In this document: positions 38,057-50,930 of the stretch, piece after piece | Position numbering within the stretch: position 1 is the stretch's first letter | Layout: every line of letters begins with the position of its first letter | DNA from: Octopus sinensis | Taxonomy: Eukaryota | Direction: 5' to 3' | Assembly: GCF_006345805.1 (NCBI RefSeq) | Contig: NC_043014.1 | Span: 10,044,001-10,108,000 of the forward strand | DNA length: 64,000 bases | The notes under the pieces: model-generated | What the model saw: the letters and a program-made list of their open reading frames with translations, nothing else | Told to the model about the DNA's origin: nothing | Databases searched by the model: none | Program-made: the position numbers and the translations under genes

Positions 38057-38407
38057 GGGAATAAATCCAAACTTACAGGGAAAAATCAGATTTAGGATTG
38101 AATCCAATTTTATAGTCAAATATTATATTATATTAAATTAGAGACAAAACCACTATTAGGCAAATCATACAATGAAAAACTTCATTGTTTAAACCTCGCC
38201 AAGATAAATATTTAAACCACCTGATGAATGACTGTGACTCGAAAATTTAAAGAAGTTAGCAGCCATGAAACGATCGTAGTGATATATCAATTATATTTTT
38301 TTAATAATTTTGTTATATATTTAAATAATATAAATTAAATAATCTTATGTATTGGCTTAAGTTCTTCATTGTATGATTTGCCTAATAGTGGTTTTGTCTC
38401 TAATTTA

Positions 38408-38420
<13 letters not shown>
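38051..38420 (+). mobile_element. Penelope-like pseudo-LTR relic with partial inverted copy and hammerhead
   Basis: 50-bp inverted repeat 38135-38182 / 38359-38408; (TA)n on both sides; ribozyme motif inside. Confidence 0.6.
38216..38285 (+). ncRNA. Type I hammerhead ribozyme motif, canonical core
   Basis: ccac-CTGATGA-ATGACTG...CAGCCAT-GAAA-CGATCG-TA-GTG; palindromic helix III; predicted cleavage after 38278. Confidence 0.7.
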
Positions 38421-38448
<28 letters not shown>

Positions 38449-39746
38449 ACACACACACACGATGGATTGAGAAAGAATATATATGCCCAAGATTTTGCCT
38501 ATAGGTAACAAACAATGTATGACATTGTTGTGAATCCACAACCGTACTAACATATTTGGGCCTATATCAGTAATTTTCAATTTCTAAATTGAATACAAAC
38601 ATCATAATATAATGACTCTTTTTTGTAAAACTTAATTATTACAATAAAATTTGCTCTAACGTATTTTAACTTAAAGAGAAATATATCTTATGACCTATTA
38701 TTTTGAGAACTGTCTTAACGTAACATCTTAAATAATTGTATTTCAACGTTTTTTTCTATCATTGAGAGGTAAATATGATTGCAATATTTTAAATTAAGTT
38801 ATATTTAATAGACAACAAAGTAACTGCTTGAAATTGTTTCAAATTACTTCATACCAGAGATACATTTTCGGTTTTGGTATGTTATATATTAGTACGTGTA
38901 TTTGTAAGTTTAAATCGATTCTGTATAGCATATTTATCTTTTGTATCTTTTATGAAAATGAGTGGATATTTCAAACGCTTTTGTTTTCTCTTAACAAAGT
39001 GATGTCGTATAAATAGGTTTTCTATAGTATATATTTGACGTAAATCTCTGAGCATTTGTATACAGATTTTTCAAAGTATAGAACAAATTAAGATCAAATT
39101 AAACCAAGGCTATCATTATGATAGCAGGCTATCAAATGAATTAAATTTACTGAAATTTACTCTCTCATTTCTCTTTGTTTCTTAATATCATTTGCTTCGC
39201 AGCATTTATAATAAATAACAATACAAAATATATGATAAAACCGAATGAGCATTCAATTATATATGGCAAGGGACACCAAAGTATTTATAATGATGCTTGG
39301 GAAATATTAATTCAAATATACTTAGATTGAAAGCAAGTTGATAATCCATAGTACTCCATGATAAATGGGGAGATATCTATGTAATTCATAGTCGAAAGAC
39401 TTACAAAGTTAAAAGAAAATTCGACATTTGTTTAGCACTATATGAGTGGATTTGTGAAGCCTATTATGTGTGTGTGTGTGTGTGTGTGTCTGTGTGTGTA
39501 TGTGCGTGTCTCTGTGTGTGTATGTTTGTCCTCGTATCACCGCTTGACAACCGCTGATAGGGTTTGTATGTTCCCATAACTTAGCGGGTCTGCAAGATAC
39601 ACCGATAGAATAAGTACAAGGCTTTGAAATATTATAGAGGTCCTGGCATAGATTTGTTCGACTAAAATCTTTTCAAGGCTTTGCTTTAGCATAGCTGCAG
39701 TCAGCTGACTGAAACAAATAAAAGTATAAACGAATGAAAGAGCATA

Positions 39747-39994
39747 CATTAATCCATCGGCATATCGCGATTCACCTATCGCGGTTCACCTATCGCGGTT
39801 CACCTATCGCGGTTTCTTATTTAAGCTTACTTCGATTCCTCCATGTTGTTTTGTATTTATAATAAGATTAATATATACACATTACAAAAATAATAAAAAG
39901 AAAATATTAAGTATAGTACTGTTTCTATTCCGTGGATTTTCACCTGACGCGGTTTTTTTGGAACATAACACCCGCGATAGTCGAGGGATTAATG
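39747..39994. mobile_element. Tigger/pogo-like MITE
   Basis: TIR cattaatccctcgactatcgcgg (right end, reverse complement) vs cattaatccatcggcatatcgcg; TA on the left; internal ttcacctatcgcgg repeated three times. Confidence 0.7.
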
Positions 39995-40141
39995 TGTATA
40001 GGTGGTAAGGAGCTTGCTTCCAAAGCATATGGTTCTGGGTTCAGTTCCACTGTGTTGTACCTTGTGCAAATGTCTTCTATTAAAACTTCGGGCCGACCAG
40101 AACCTTGTGAGTGGATTTGTTAGACGGAAAGGAGCTCGTAG

Positions 40142-40175
<34 letters not shown>

Positions 40176-41633
40176 AGAAAAATTGACTGTAGAGAATGGT
40201 GAAAAGAGGGTAGGTAGTTAATATAGGAATAGAAGGTTTGAGAATGAAAAGCACGAACAAAGTGACCCTTATAAATGTGAGGAAAGATATCTGTATACAG
40301 AAAAGAAAGAATGAATGAATAAAAAAGGGAGGAGAGAGGTAGAAATATTTAGAATAGAAATACGATAAACAGACGTTCAGAAGACAATAAGGCGATTCGA
40401 TAATGCGTATCGTCAATCAGGCTCCGAGAAATTATGGAAGGCTTCAGTCTGAAAGAGAAATAATTTAGGAATTAGAGACAATGAGAAACTTAATACAACT
40501 CTGCCTAAATGTTTGGCTGCCAAGATATTTAGTAATCATCGAAGCGTAAATATCGACTAATTCACAAGACGGCATTAAAAACAGAAAGTAAATATAAATG
40601 AGGGCTAAGGTTCGACCATATTAGGAAGATATAAGCGGGAGCTAGAGATTAAATATTATATAATTAATGGGAATTTATTTAATTAAGTTATAAGACTACG
40701 GGAATTAAGTATCAAATATAATTAAAAGGTATTATATTAAACTACGCCAGGCTTGGGTAACTATATATAATTAAATTAAGAGTTAATAATTATCTAAACA
40801 GGGCGAAATATCGATTTATAAGAAAATGAAAACGATTAATAAAACCGTTGCCGGCAACAGGTGAATGCTTCTGACTGTTGGTTCAAAATGCGATAAATCT
40901 TCTTTCGTAAAAATCTCAATAGACTTTTTGCTATAAAGATCTCATATACTTCAGCGCCTTGGTAAATCATTCCAATGTAAATCGCAGACCACGTAGTATT
41001 ATAAAGGATGTTACTATTCTTGAAATATTGTTCTTCCTTATGAAGTGATTGCTTGTGTTTAGCAAAAAAAAAAACAAATTAACTTGGAGTGGCTGTGTGG
41101 TAAATAGCTTGCTTACCAACCACAAGATTCTGAGTCCAGTCCCACTACATGGCACCTTGGGCAAGTGTCTTCTACTATACCCTCGGGTAGACCAAAGCAT
41201 TGTTAGTGGATTTGGTAGATGGAAACTGAAACAAACCTGCCGTATGTATATCCTACGTAAAAAAGTGTTACTGTCGTGGAGTTTCTTACAGTAGTAGAAA
41301 AGGAATTTTTAACTCCTATTTCTAAATTCGTTATGCGGTGAAGCAATTAGCTGACCCCTAATTATAATTATGCTTATAATTATAGAATGTTTATATATAT
41401 ATATATAAACAAAAGGGTAATAATATAGATTACTACCAGTGGCTCAGCACAAAAGACGAATTAGTCAGTAGACAAAATATTATTCATATAGGAAAATATT
41501 ATTCATGTAGAAATATAATTAAGGGCTCCTAAATAAGGATGCCAAGTGGTGGGAACACAAAAAGGGGATAAATTTATCGAGAGTGAAGATCAAAAACATT
41601 TACCGATAATTTTGTGTTCCCAGCACTTGGTAT

Positions 41634-41679
<46 letters not shown>

Positions 41680-41680
<1 letters not shown>

Positions 41681-41915
41681 TGGTGTTCGATGTTGACACA
41701 GTCATAAAAGAACGCGAGCAGGAGTGAACTTACAAATCCATCGGAATAGATGAGGGCTCTGGCATTCAACATGCCACCATAGAAGAGAAGATCAGGAACA
41801 AGTCTTAGAGGAGAGCTCGAGTAGTCCTAAAATCCGAGTTAAATACACGTAACAATGTGTTAGATATGAATCCCTTAGCAATTTCTGTTGTAATTTTTAC
41901 ATTTTCAATTTTCTA
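41680..41915 (+). mobile_element. R4/Dong-like RT C-terminal fragment
   Basis: YKSIGIDEGSGIQHATIEEKIR...RRARVVLKSELNTRNNVLDMNPLAISVV. Confidence 0.65.
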
Positions 41916-42060
41916 TTTTTCATGTTTTTCTTATATTCTCTGTCTTCCTCCCTTTTCTCTGTCATATGTCTCAGTAAATGAGCAATCTAGTGTGCTAAAA
42001 CAAGCACATCAGATTATTCATGGCCTACCAATGTATAAACAGTATGTTTCTCTGCTCTAG

Positions 42061-42406
42061 GCGTCAGGAAGACACTCGTCAAGAAATGGAAACAGAATTG
42101 AAAGAAGATACTAATGAAAATGACAATAATGATGTCAATAATAATAATAATAATAACAACAACAACAACAACAATAAGTCTACCACTACACTTGACAGCG
42201 TTCTGGACTTATTCTTCACAAATCTCAGCAGTCAACAGTTGAAGACACAAAAATATAATTACAACTCGATTGTCCTAGTGAAATGTTCTTTCAATATAAC
42301 GTTCAAAAACATTGAAAATCTACAGGTTTTTTGTTGTTTGTATGTCATGTTTTGTCATAATTCGAATAAGCCAACATCTGCGCTCTTATATCACAAACAC
42401 TCATAA
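42061..42406 (+). CDS. Possible host exon with acidic stretch and poly-Asn
   Basis: Acceptor tatgtttctctgctctAG at 42059-42060; RQEDTRQEMETELKEDTNENDNNDV then a mixed aat/aac Asn run; end of exon unclear. Confidence 0.3.
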
Positions 42407-43202
42407 ACCTATCAGTCTAGCTTTATGATCGTTGTAATTAAATACAAAATTTACGACTATCTGTCAGTATATCATTTCTCCAAGTTGTTCAAACATGTAA
42501 ACAGTTCTCTTTCATAATCAAGAACCATTTTAAGTCCCTCCAGGACTCAAAACGCAGCCGCTCTCAATGCGAAAGATAAACATTTGACGTGTTTACAAAC
42601 TACACAGCTTCAAAAATTGTAAAGCACAGCCAATAATCTAACAAATTCGAATGACGAGAAGTTGAAATATTTACAAACTACCAAAGTACGAAAGCTGTTA
42701 AGTGCAGCCGATATTATAACAAAAACAAAAACACTGCTAAAAATTGCAGCTAAGAGAATTTATAGCACAGCAGCAAGACTCCGTTTAGTATTGCAAAACT
42801 CCTCAGTGGTTAAATTTTTGTATTGGTGATTGAAACAGAAGCAAGGAGTCAAAATTAGCTCTCACATCCATAATTGAGAGTAGTTATAGCTCCTGCTGCT
42901 TCCGTCGCATATTGCAAGTAGCTGAATCAAGCAGAGTAATTTAATGCTCTAAAATCAGGAAATGCCATGAATTATTATTATTATGCAATGAAAAAGAAAC
43001 AGAGGTTCACATATGATCTTCCCGGTGGACGTGTTTCATCTGTCCCCTTTTGCCGTAAAAATAAAATATGACTCCTATCATACATTTACTCCATAGGGTG
43101 TCTCTGTAGAGCTTTAGTCCAGTTTAACACAAAAAGTATATTGCATAGCAGGCTTCCAAGCTGTCTTCACCTTCCGACTTTACATCCAGCCTTCACATCC
43201 CG

Positions 43203-43205
<3 letters not shown>

Positions 43206-43235
<30 letters not shown>

Positions 43236-43281
43236 TGTATGTATGTATGTATGTATGTATGTATGTATGTATGTATGTATG
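43206..43281. repeat. (TATG)n microsatellite
   Basis: Direct reading. Confidence 0.95.
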
Positions 43282-44584
43282 TATGTATGTATGTATGTAT
43301 AGATGGATGGATACATATACAGATTTGCAGCAAAATCGTCAAAATAAGTAGAGTGAAATTGCTATAGGAAATCGATAATTGGTGACAGTTTTCTTATATA
43401 GAAGATATCTCGTTTTCTCTGATTTCACTCTTCTCAACTCTTCCATGAGCCTGGACTCTCTCTGAGACGTTGAGAGCTAAACTCAAATCACGTTGACTAA
43501 GCTTTCATCTTTTGAGCCCTGGTCTTATTGTAATCTTTTTACACCTTTCCCAAAATTGCAGGTCTTGTGCTAAAATTTAAAACAGTTGCGTACGATGCAT
43601 CTATAAACGTCATTATTCGTCAAACAGTAAACCATCAAAGGGTATGTATTAGGCATTCTATAGTTGCAGATATATTTTTCCGGATTAAATTTCAATTATC
43701 ATTAGTCATTTTATTGTTATGATTCGTATTGATGTTTATATAAGTATTTATATTGTCCAAGCTATTATTAGCTATCGATTTTCCTGTTATGGCTACTAAA
43801 ACGTTCAACATGTTAACGAGAATATGTCTAGCATTACATTAAAGAATAGACATATTAATGCCAATCTTTTTATTAATGTAATTAATAGATCTAATATTAT
43901 TATCACTACCTGTATTATTATCACCATCGGTATTGTCCACATTATTATTAATAGCAGTACTAATGCAGCAATGGGCAAAATCATTCGCGCGCCGGTTAAA
44001 ATGTTTGGTGACATTTCGCCTGTCTTTATGAGCAGTGTTCAACTTCCACCGGGATCACCTTTGACATCCTTTCGGGGTTGATAAAGTAAGTACCAGATCA
44101 GTACTGGGGTCGACAGAATCGTCTAGTCACATCCTCTAATATTTCAAGTCTTGAGTTTATACTAGATGGAATTTTTATTAATTGGCCTATAATCATTATC
44201 GACAACAACAGCAAACATAGTAATATAAACGATATCAGAAATATTGTCACCAAATTTAAGGTGATAAAAATTCGTGCACAAATTTTTATTACTATTGCTA
44301 CTTAAAAAATTTAATTTCAGTTCTTAGGGACTACAGTATTTATGACCCGTGCTACAACAGACACAAATGCTATTCGTGGCGCTAGTATCACCAGAGCTGG
44401 CACAAGGCTCACTGTCATGCTTATAGACGATACCAGAATTATACCAGTTTTCTTGTTATTATTGACGTTCTTATCAATCTCATTATCGGTGACCAAGCAC
44501 AACGTATATTTTTCTATTCGTAACTTTAGTATTTTTCTTGCAAAACAATCCTTGCTATTATTATTACGATCATATCATTGGTAA

Positions 44585-45110
44585 AGGCGGCATGCTGGAA
44601 AAATCGTTAGCACGCCGGGTAGAATGCTTAGCGGTATTTCGTCTGCCGTTGCGTTCTGAGTTCAAATTCCGCCGAGGTCGACTTTGCCTTTTATCCTTTC
44701 GGGGTCAATATATTAAGTACCAGTTACGCACTAGAGTCGATGTAATCGACTTAATCCGATTGTCTGTCCTTGTTTGTCCTCTCTGTGTTTAGCCCCCTGT
44801 GGATAGTAAAGAAATAGGTATTTCGTCTGTCTTTACGTTCTGAGTTCAAATTCCGCCGAGGTCGACTTTGCCTTTTATCCTTTCGGGGTCAATAAATTAA
44901 GTAGCAGTTACGCACTAGAGTCGATGTAATCGATTTAATCCATTTGTCTGTCCTTGTTTGTCCTCTCTGTGTTTAGCCCCTTGTGGGTAGTAAAGAAATA
45001 GGTATTTCGTCTGTCTTTACGTTCTGAATTCAAATTGCGACGAGGCAGACTTTGGTTTTCATCCTTGCATGGTCGATAATTGAACACTACGATCGATGTA
45101 ATCGACTTAC
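44585..45110 (+). mobile_element. Family A SINE array (head, headless unit, degenerate third unit)
   Basis: Junctions read aaagaaata|ggtatttcgtctg. Confidence 0.85.
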
Positions 45111-45648
45111 CCCTTCTCTTGAGCCTACTGGCCTTGTGCCAAAACTTGAAACCATTATTATCACTAGCATATTGATATTATATATACATATAGATATGAC
45201 ACAAATTATAAAGTAAATCCACAATGTGCAGGTGATACCGTATGAATTTCGCATATTGATATTATACCTATATATAGATATGATACATAAATTATAGAGC
45301 AAATTGACAATATGCTCAAGAATTGAACAGAGACTGTTAGAGTTTTTTCTGCAATCAGCAAAATATTTGAAGATACATTAATTAAAAGACGTTAATGATA
45401 ATTGGAAAAGTAATGAGACTGTCAAGGGAAAAATGTTCATGAATCTTCACTTGAGTGAATTTGAAAATAGATTCTCTGGTGGGAATTAATGAATTACATT
45501 TACCAATATGAGGAGTTAAGTTTTGCTTTATTGTTGTTTTATTATATACACTTATAGACTTCGTAAGTGTTTCTCGTGTCCCTTTCATAGCAATTAAAAA
45601 GAAACTTTAATACATTTCAATTTAAAAGAGAGTAAATAATGTTTCACA

Positions 45649-45794
45649 TTATTGTAGACTTTCTTTGTAGACGCCATTGTCAGCAAATGGACCCTTTTCA
45701 TTTATCTCTGTTAATTTTTCTTTTCTTTGTGTTTTTGATAATGAAGCATACATCTGACCATCTGCGAAGAATGGTACCCCATCATGACCGCAGT
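45649..45794 (-). CDS. Candidate terminal coding exon of an unidentified host gene
   Basis: Strong acceptor tttttgatttttgttttAG; phase-1 reading xCGHDGVPFFADGQMYASLSKTQRKEKLTEINEKGPFADNGVYKESLQ*; no TE motif recognised. Confidence 0.5.
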
Positions 45795-46070
45795 CTAAAA
45801 CAAAAATCAAAAACTTAATTCTATAGATAAGGATTGTTGCTTTTTGCGTTACGTAATACGCTTAAAAATATTTTACTCTCTTCTTTTACGCTTTATTACC
45901 TACATGCACAGGATTACGAACGCGAGGAAAGAACTTTTAGTCTGCATATGGAAATCAAACGGAAGTTGACATTTAAAATAGAAGCGAATACTATAATATT
46001 AAGCATTATACTATAATACTATAATATTTAGCATTATACAAATAATCTTTATCTAAAAAAAAAAATTAAT

Positions 46071-46480
46071 AGGCGTAGGAGTGGCTGTGTGGTAAGTAGC
46101 TTGCTTACCAACCACATGGTTCCGGGTTCAGTCCCACTGCGTGGCACCTTGGTCAAGTGTCTTCTACTATAGCCTCGGGCCGACCGAAGCCTTGTGAGTG
46201 GATTTGGTAGACGGAAACTGAAAGAAGCTTGTTGTATATATGTATCTATATCTATATATATGTGTGTGTAGATGTATTGGTGTGTCTGTATTTGTCACCC
46301 CAACATCGCTTCACAACCGATGCTGGTGTGTTTATGTCCCCGTAACTTAGCGGTTCGACAAAAGACCCGATAAAATAAGTACTAGGCTTACAAAGAATAA
46401 GTCCTGGGGTCGATTTGCTCGACTAAAGGCGGTGCTCCAGCATGGCACAGTAAAATGACTGAAACAAATAAAAGAGTAAT
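46071..46480 (+). mobile_element. SINE family B, full length
   Basis: ggcgtaggagtggctgtgtgg head through gactgaaacaaataaaagag tail. Partial family B copies also at ~33010, ~39430, ~40000, ~41090, ~51230 and ~53720. Confidence 0.85.
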
Positions 46481-46776
46481 ATTTATCTATTATTTCTTCA
46501 AACTAATAAAACATTTTTTTTAATAACATGGGGGCAAAATATACTTGATACAGTCCCGCACTTCTTCCAGCATTATATCTTAGATTATTGGTGTTGCTGA
46601 TTTTGTTGTTTTAAGTTAGTGTTAATTTGTTTTATACGAGGTGTCCCATATATCGTAATACTTATTTTGTCATCACTTTAGCCAGACCGCTAAGTTACGA
46701 GCACGTAAACTCACCCACATTTTTTGTGAAACGATGAAGGCGGGACAAACGTAGACACACGAAGACACACATTGCA

Positions 46777-46815
<39 letters not shown>

Positions 46816-47113
46816 ATATATATAAATGGCGGTGCCCCAGCATGGCCACAGCTCATAAGCTGAAACTAGAATCAATCAATCAATCATATATATATACCTA
46901 TTTCTTTACTACCCACAAGGGGCTAGACACAGAAAGGTCAAACAAGGACAGACAAACGGATAAAGTCGAATACATCAACCCCAGTGCGTAACTGGTACTT
47001 AATTTATCGACCCCGAAAGGATGAAAGGCAAAGTCGACCTCGGTGGAATTTGAACTCAGAACGTAGCGGCAGTCGAAATATTGGTAAGCATTTCGCCCGG
47101 AGTGCTAACGGTC

Positions 47114-47145
<32 letters not shown>

Positions 47146-47169
47146 TATATATACCACACAGCCACTCTT

Positions 47170-47550
47170 GCGCCTGTGGTCTGTTGGCTTGCACATCACG
47201 TTCTGTTTGGATACTTTAAGCCGACAGAACGGTGATATATTCATTTCCCCCTAATGTGACAAGCTTATGCATCCAGCAGTTCTTCGCGTATTGGAGTCCA
47301 GATATCCGGGATATGATCCAGTTTAAATACTGGTCATGTCTATCACGTTGATTAATATCTTTACTTGAGGTTAGCATAGATTATCAAAAGATTAGGCCGT
47401 CAATTGTTTGCCTGGCTGTACCACAAAATGGCAAGTGAGATCAGCTGCAGATTAAAGATTACTTGCTTGGCAATTTCTGATGGACATATACTGATTCTCA
47501 TCTGCCCTCTCTTTCTGATGTATACCCAGATGCAGTCAACCATTGATAGG
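47170..47550 (-). mobile_element. Degraded R4/Dong-like fragment
   Basis: RHDQYLNW...NEYITVL..SIQTERDVQANRP matches the RHD...IQTDR...NRPD region. Confidence 0.55.
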
Positions 47551-47639
47551 TCATATTTGTATTTACATAAGGATCGCTGACACGTTTAAGGCTTTGGCTA
47601 TACAATGCCTTACTGCTCTACTATATTTGACGTTCGAAC

Positions 47640-48052
47640 GGCGGCGAGCTGATGAAACGTTAGCGCGCCGGGCGAAATTCTTAGCGGTATTTCGTCTGCT
47701 ACTACGTTCTGGGTTCAAATTCCGCCGAGGTCGACTTTGCCTTTCATGCTTTCGGGGTCGATTAAATAAGTACCAGTTAGGCACTGGGGTCGATATAATT
47801 GACTTAATCCGTTTGTCTGTCCTTGTTTATCCCCTCTGTGTTTAGCCCCTTGTGGGTAGTAAAGAAATAGGTATTTCGTCAGCCGTTACGTTCTGAGTTC
47901 AAATTGTGCCAAGGTCGACTTTGCCGTTCATCCTTTCGGGATCGATAAATAAGGTACCAGTTTCGCACTGGGGTCGATGTAATCGACTTCATCCGTTTGT
48001 CTGTCCTTGTTTGTCCTCTCTATGTTTAACCCTTGTGAGCAGTAAAGAAAAA
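47640..48052 (+). mobile_element. Family A SINE dimer inside a 16-bp TSD
   Basis: tatatttgacgttcga (47622-47637) vs tatatttgatgttcga (48053-48068). Confidence 0.88.
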
Positions 48053-48912
48053 TATATTTGATGTTCGATGTCATAATCATACGATAATCCTAATTTGGGT
48101 ATGTTCCATGAGTTTATGGATTATACTAATCTCTTGACCCTGGCATTCCAAATGAAATTTTACGTTGACCTAGAATGTTTCGCGTCACCGATGTGATTGA
48201 TGGTAATTCTTAAAGACACTACTATTAACAATGTTCGCTGTTATACCCATTTCAATAGCCTGAATGTATTACTCTCTCTTCAGAGAGACAGATACATCTG
48301 AACGTTCATGTGGAAGAATCTTAACATTAACAGTTGGGCTATGTATATATTATGGAAGTTTCAAGATATCAGATCAATATTTTCATAATTTCCCTTGAGA
48401 TTATGCAAAACTATATGCTATCGTCGTGCGTGGGCAATATTTTCCTAATGTCAAGAAATCCCTGGCTATGTGCTGACTGACTTCAAGACAGGCCAATCGG
48501 TATGATGCGTGGGGCAATATCCACTTATACTATTTTCTTCCCTTAAACAGCAATTACCAACAAGAATCTTTAAGAAAGACCTGGCTTCCTTCAAACACTA
48601 CTGCAAAATGTTTTCACAATTATGGCCCGCATGCAGTTGAAATTTTCTTTAATGATCTCGTAAAATGGAGAAAAGGGAAAACAAGCTGTACGATCATAAC
48701 TATAGTAACAACGGTAGGAATACTAAAATAGGTGGATGCCAAACTCAGTAGAATATTTCAACACCAGCTCCTTATGACAGCATTTACCATAAGTAACAGT
48801 AAGTACGATATAGTTCTAACTTCAAGGCATAACATATAAGCGCGAAAAAACCCACACATGTATATATACGTACACACTCTCTGTCTGTCTCTCTCTCTCT
48901 CTCTCCACACAC

Positions 48913-48964
<52 letters not shown>

Positions 48965-49124
48965 ATATATTATATACTCGTGTATCGGTGCCGTCAGAAA
49001 TGAGAGCATGTAAATTATACGAAAAACAAAATTAAAATTAACCTTTATCTTAATAACTGTTTCAACGCAACGTTTCTAGCGAAAACCTTACCACCAATGA
49101 GTTCGACTTGTTTTGGATGGTTCT

Positions 49125-50160
49125 TTACCAACATTTTAATACGGATGACGGTAGTATGATGGAAAAATAAGTGAAGCTCTGACCTTCTGATTTGCTAATA
49201 GTCATTGCAAATGCTGGGATAACAGAAAACTGTCGTCTACTTATACTAAAAGGAAAGGGTGGTTTTACTTGGACGGAAGCTGATGGGTGGAATAAAGGCC
49301 TCCTCAACATTCTCACTTCTATATATATTTTCCATGAATGAAAAAAATCCTCGATGGACAGCGCTAAGATCCGGGTCCTATTCAGTAAACATCTAATTGG
49401 GTTCAGATTCCTTAGCAATATGAATATGTCTCTGAATATCGAATGCTGGAGCATTGAAACACTTTGCCTTGAGTTTGCTCAATTTTTGTTACGAACCATA
49501 TATGGTTGCTAGCCTGGCTCTCCATATGGAAAGTACAGTACATATGTCATTGGGTTGAGATTGGGACTAAGAATGTTCAGACTGATCATAGGGACTTCAT
49601 TGTTTCTTGGGTGAACCTTGAAATCTCTGTGGAAGGATGGCTCGCCATCCGTATTGCTGAAGACCATAGCTTTTTTATTATCTGTTGGTAAATTATATTT
49701 CCGCCTATCAGCAGTGAGATCCGTGTTGAGGACTAAATTCACAACAAACATAGGTCTCTCTTCCTGTGGGGCATGCTGTTCCGCATGCAGTTCTACTTCT
49801 CGTAATGTTCTATAAGATGCAGCATAGACAGTGTTCTCTCTGATAATCTGACCCAATATGTGCATCACTTCAGATATACATCTTTCATTTGCTGCACTCT
49901 GAGCCAACACTGTGGTGGCTTTAACACTGTCAACAACATACTGTTGCGCAAATTGTCTCTGTTGGCCCTCAACCGGATGCCAGGATGCATGTGCGAAGCC
50001 CTGTGATAAACTTGGCCGTGCACTCTGAAGCAGAATGCACCCCGTCCTTGTGCGTCATCAATGTGAGCACCCATGGATGCGAAAGATAGAGCAGAGCTGG
50101 ATGACCTTGTGTTTTCTTTGAAACATGCCGTCCACTCAAAATAATGGTAGAACATCGTAA
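49125..50160 (-). mobile_element. Internally deleted Helitron RepHel relic
   Basis: SALSFASMGA..GRGAFCFRVHGQVYHR and DRRKYNLPT..GEP..LYFPYGEPG (N-terminal Rep region); LLRNLNP..NRTR and RRQFSVIPAFAMTISKSEGQS (PIF1 helicase C-terminus). Confidence 0.85.
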
Positions 50161-50680
50161 AACTATGACACGAGGGGATGTTGAAAAATCGAGTATAGCT
50201 GATCATGTATAGAAAAACGGTGAGCCCCTCCCATGTGGGACGAAGTTAAAATAATAGATAAAGAATACCACTGGAAAATACGAAAACTAAAAGAAGCAGC
50301 ACATATGCTAGGATACAACAACCTCCTAAGCAGACCGAGTGCAGATATGAGAAGCGGAATTAATGAAGGATACAAAATATTGGGTTTTTAAGCCTTAAAA
50401 TTCACTCTATAATTACCCACGGATATATAGCGTAATGGTTAGGAGCGCAGGCTATTAAACCCAAAATTCCGAGTTCATTTCCAAAGCAGTACCTTGAATA
50501 AATAAAGATATCAATAATAACATCAGCAAAAAAATACCTTAGGAATGAGAACCCAGGACACCTGATGAAGGCTGGAGAGTAAATCAGCCGAAACGTTGTG
50601 GTAACAACAAACAAGATGCGGACACATAACCGTCCTATGTAAATAATGTAAATAATCTCTCCTTTGTGCAATGAGGTTCT
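50160..50680 (+). mobile_element. Penelope-like element 3' fragment (GIY-YIG C-terminus and pLTR)
   Basis: KSSIADHV / WDEVKIIDKEYHWKIRKLKEAAHM fits the PLE GIY-YIG endonuclease end; hammerhead motif downstream. Confidence 0.75.
50559..50600 (+). ncRNA. Minimal hammerhead ribozyme motif in the Penelope pLTR
   Basis: CAC-CTGATGA-A-GGCTG gagagtaaat CAGCC-GAAA-CG-TT-GTG. Confidence 0.7.
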
Positions 50681-50699
50681 CCTTTACATCTTCGAGTCT

Positions 50700-50930
50700 G
50701 TCATCTTACATATTGTGCTCTTGTCTCTCGTCTCGTTTATTGTGATTGATTTGATAATATATTTTTAATCTACTTTTTAATCTTCTTGCGTCCAGGCCTT
50801 CCCAAGTGAGACTGGTTGTTCTTCGCCTTTGTCTCTCTCTCTCTCTCTTCCTCTCTCTTCCTCTCTCTCTAACAGTCGCCGTTTCTCTGTTTCCTTCTCC
50901 ATAGCAGAAGAAAGAGTATCAGTGAATGGC
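50700..50930 (-). mobile_element. CR1/L2-group LINE RT C-terminal relic
   Basis: SLTWEGLDARRLKSRLKIYYQINHN resembles the LxWxxLxxRR...RL...YKIxH motif. Confidence 0.4.
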
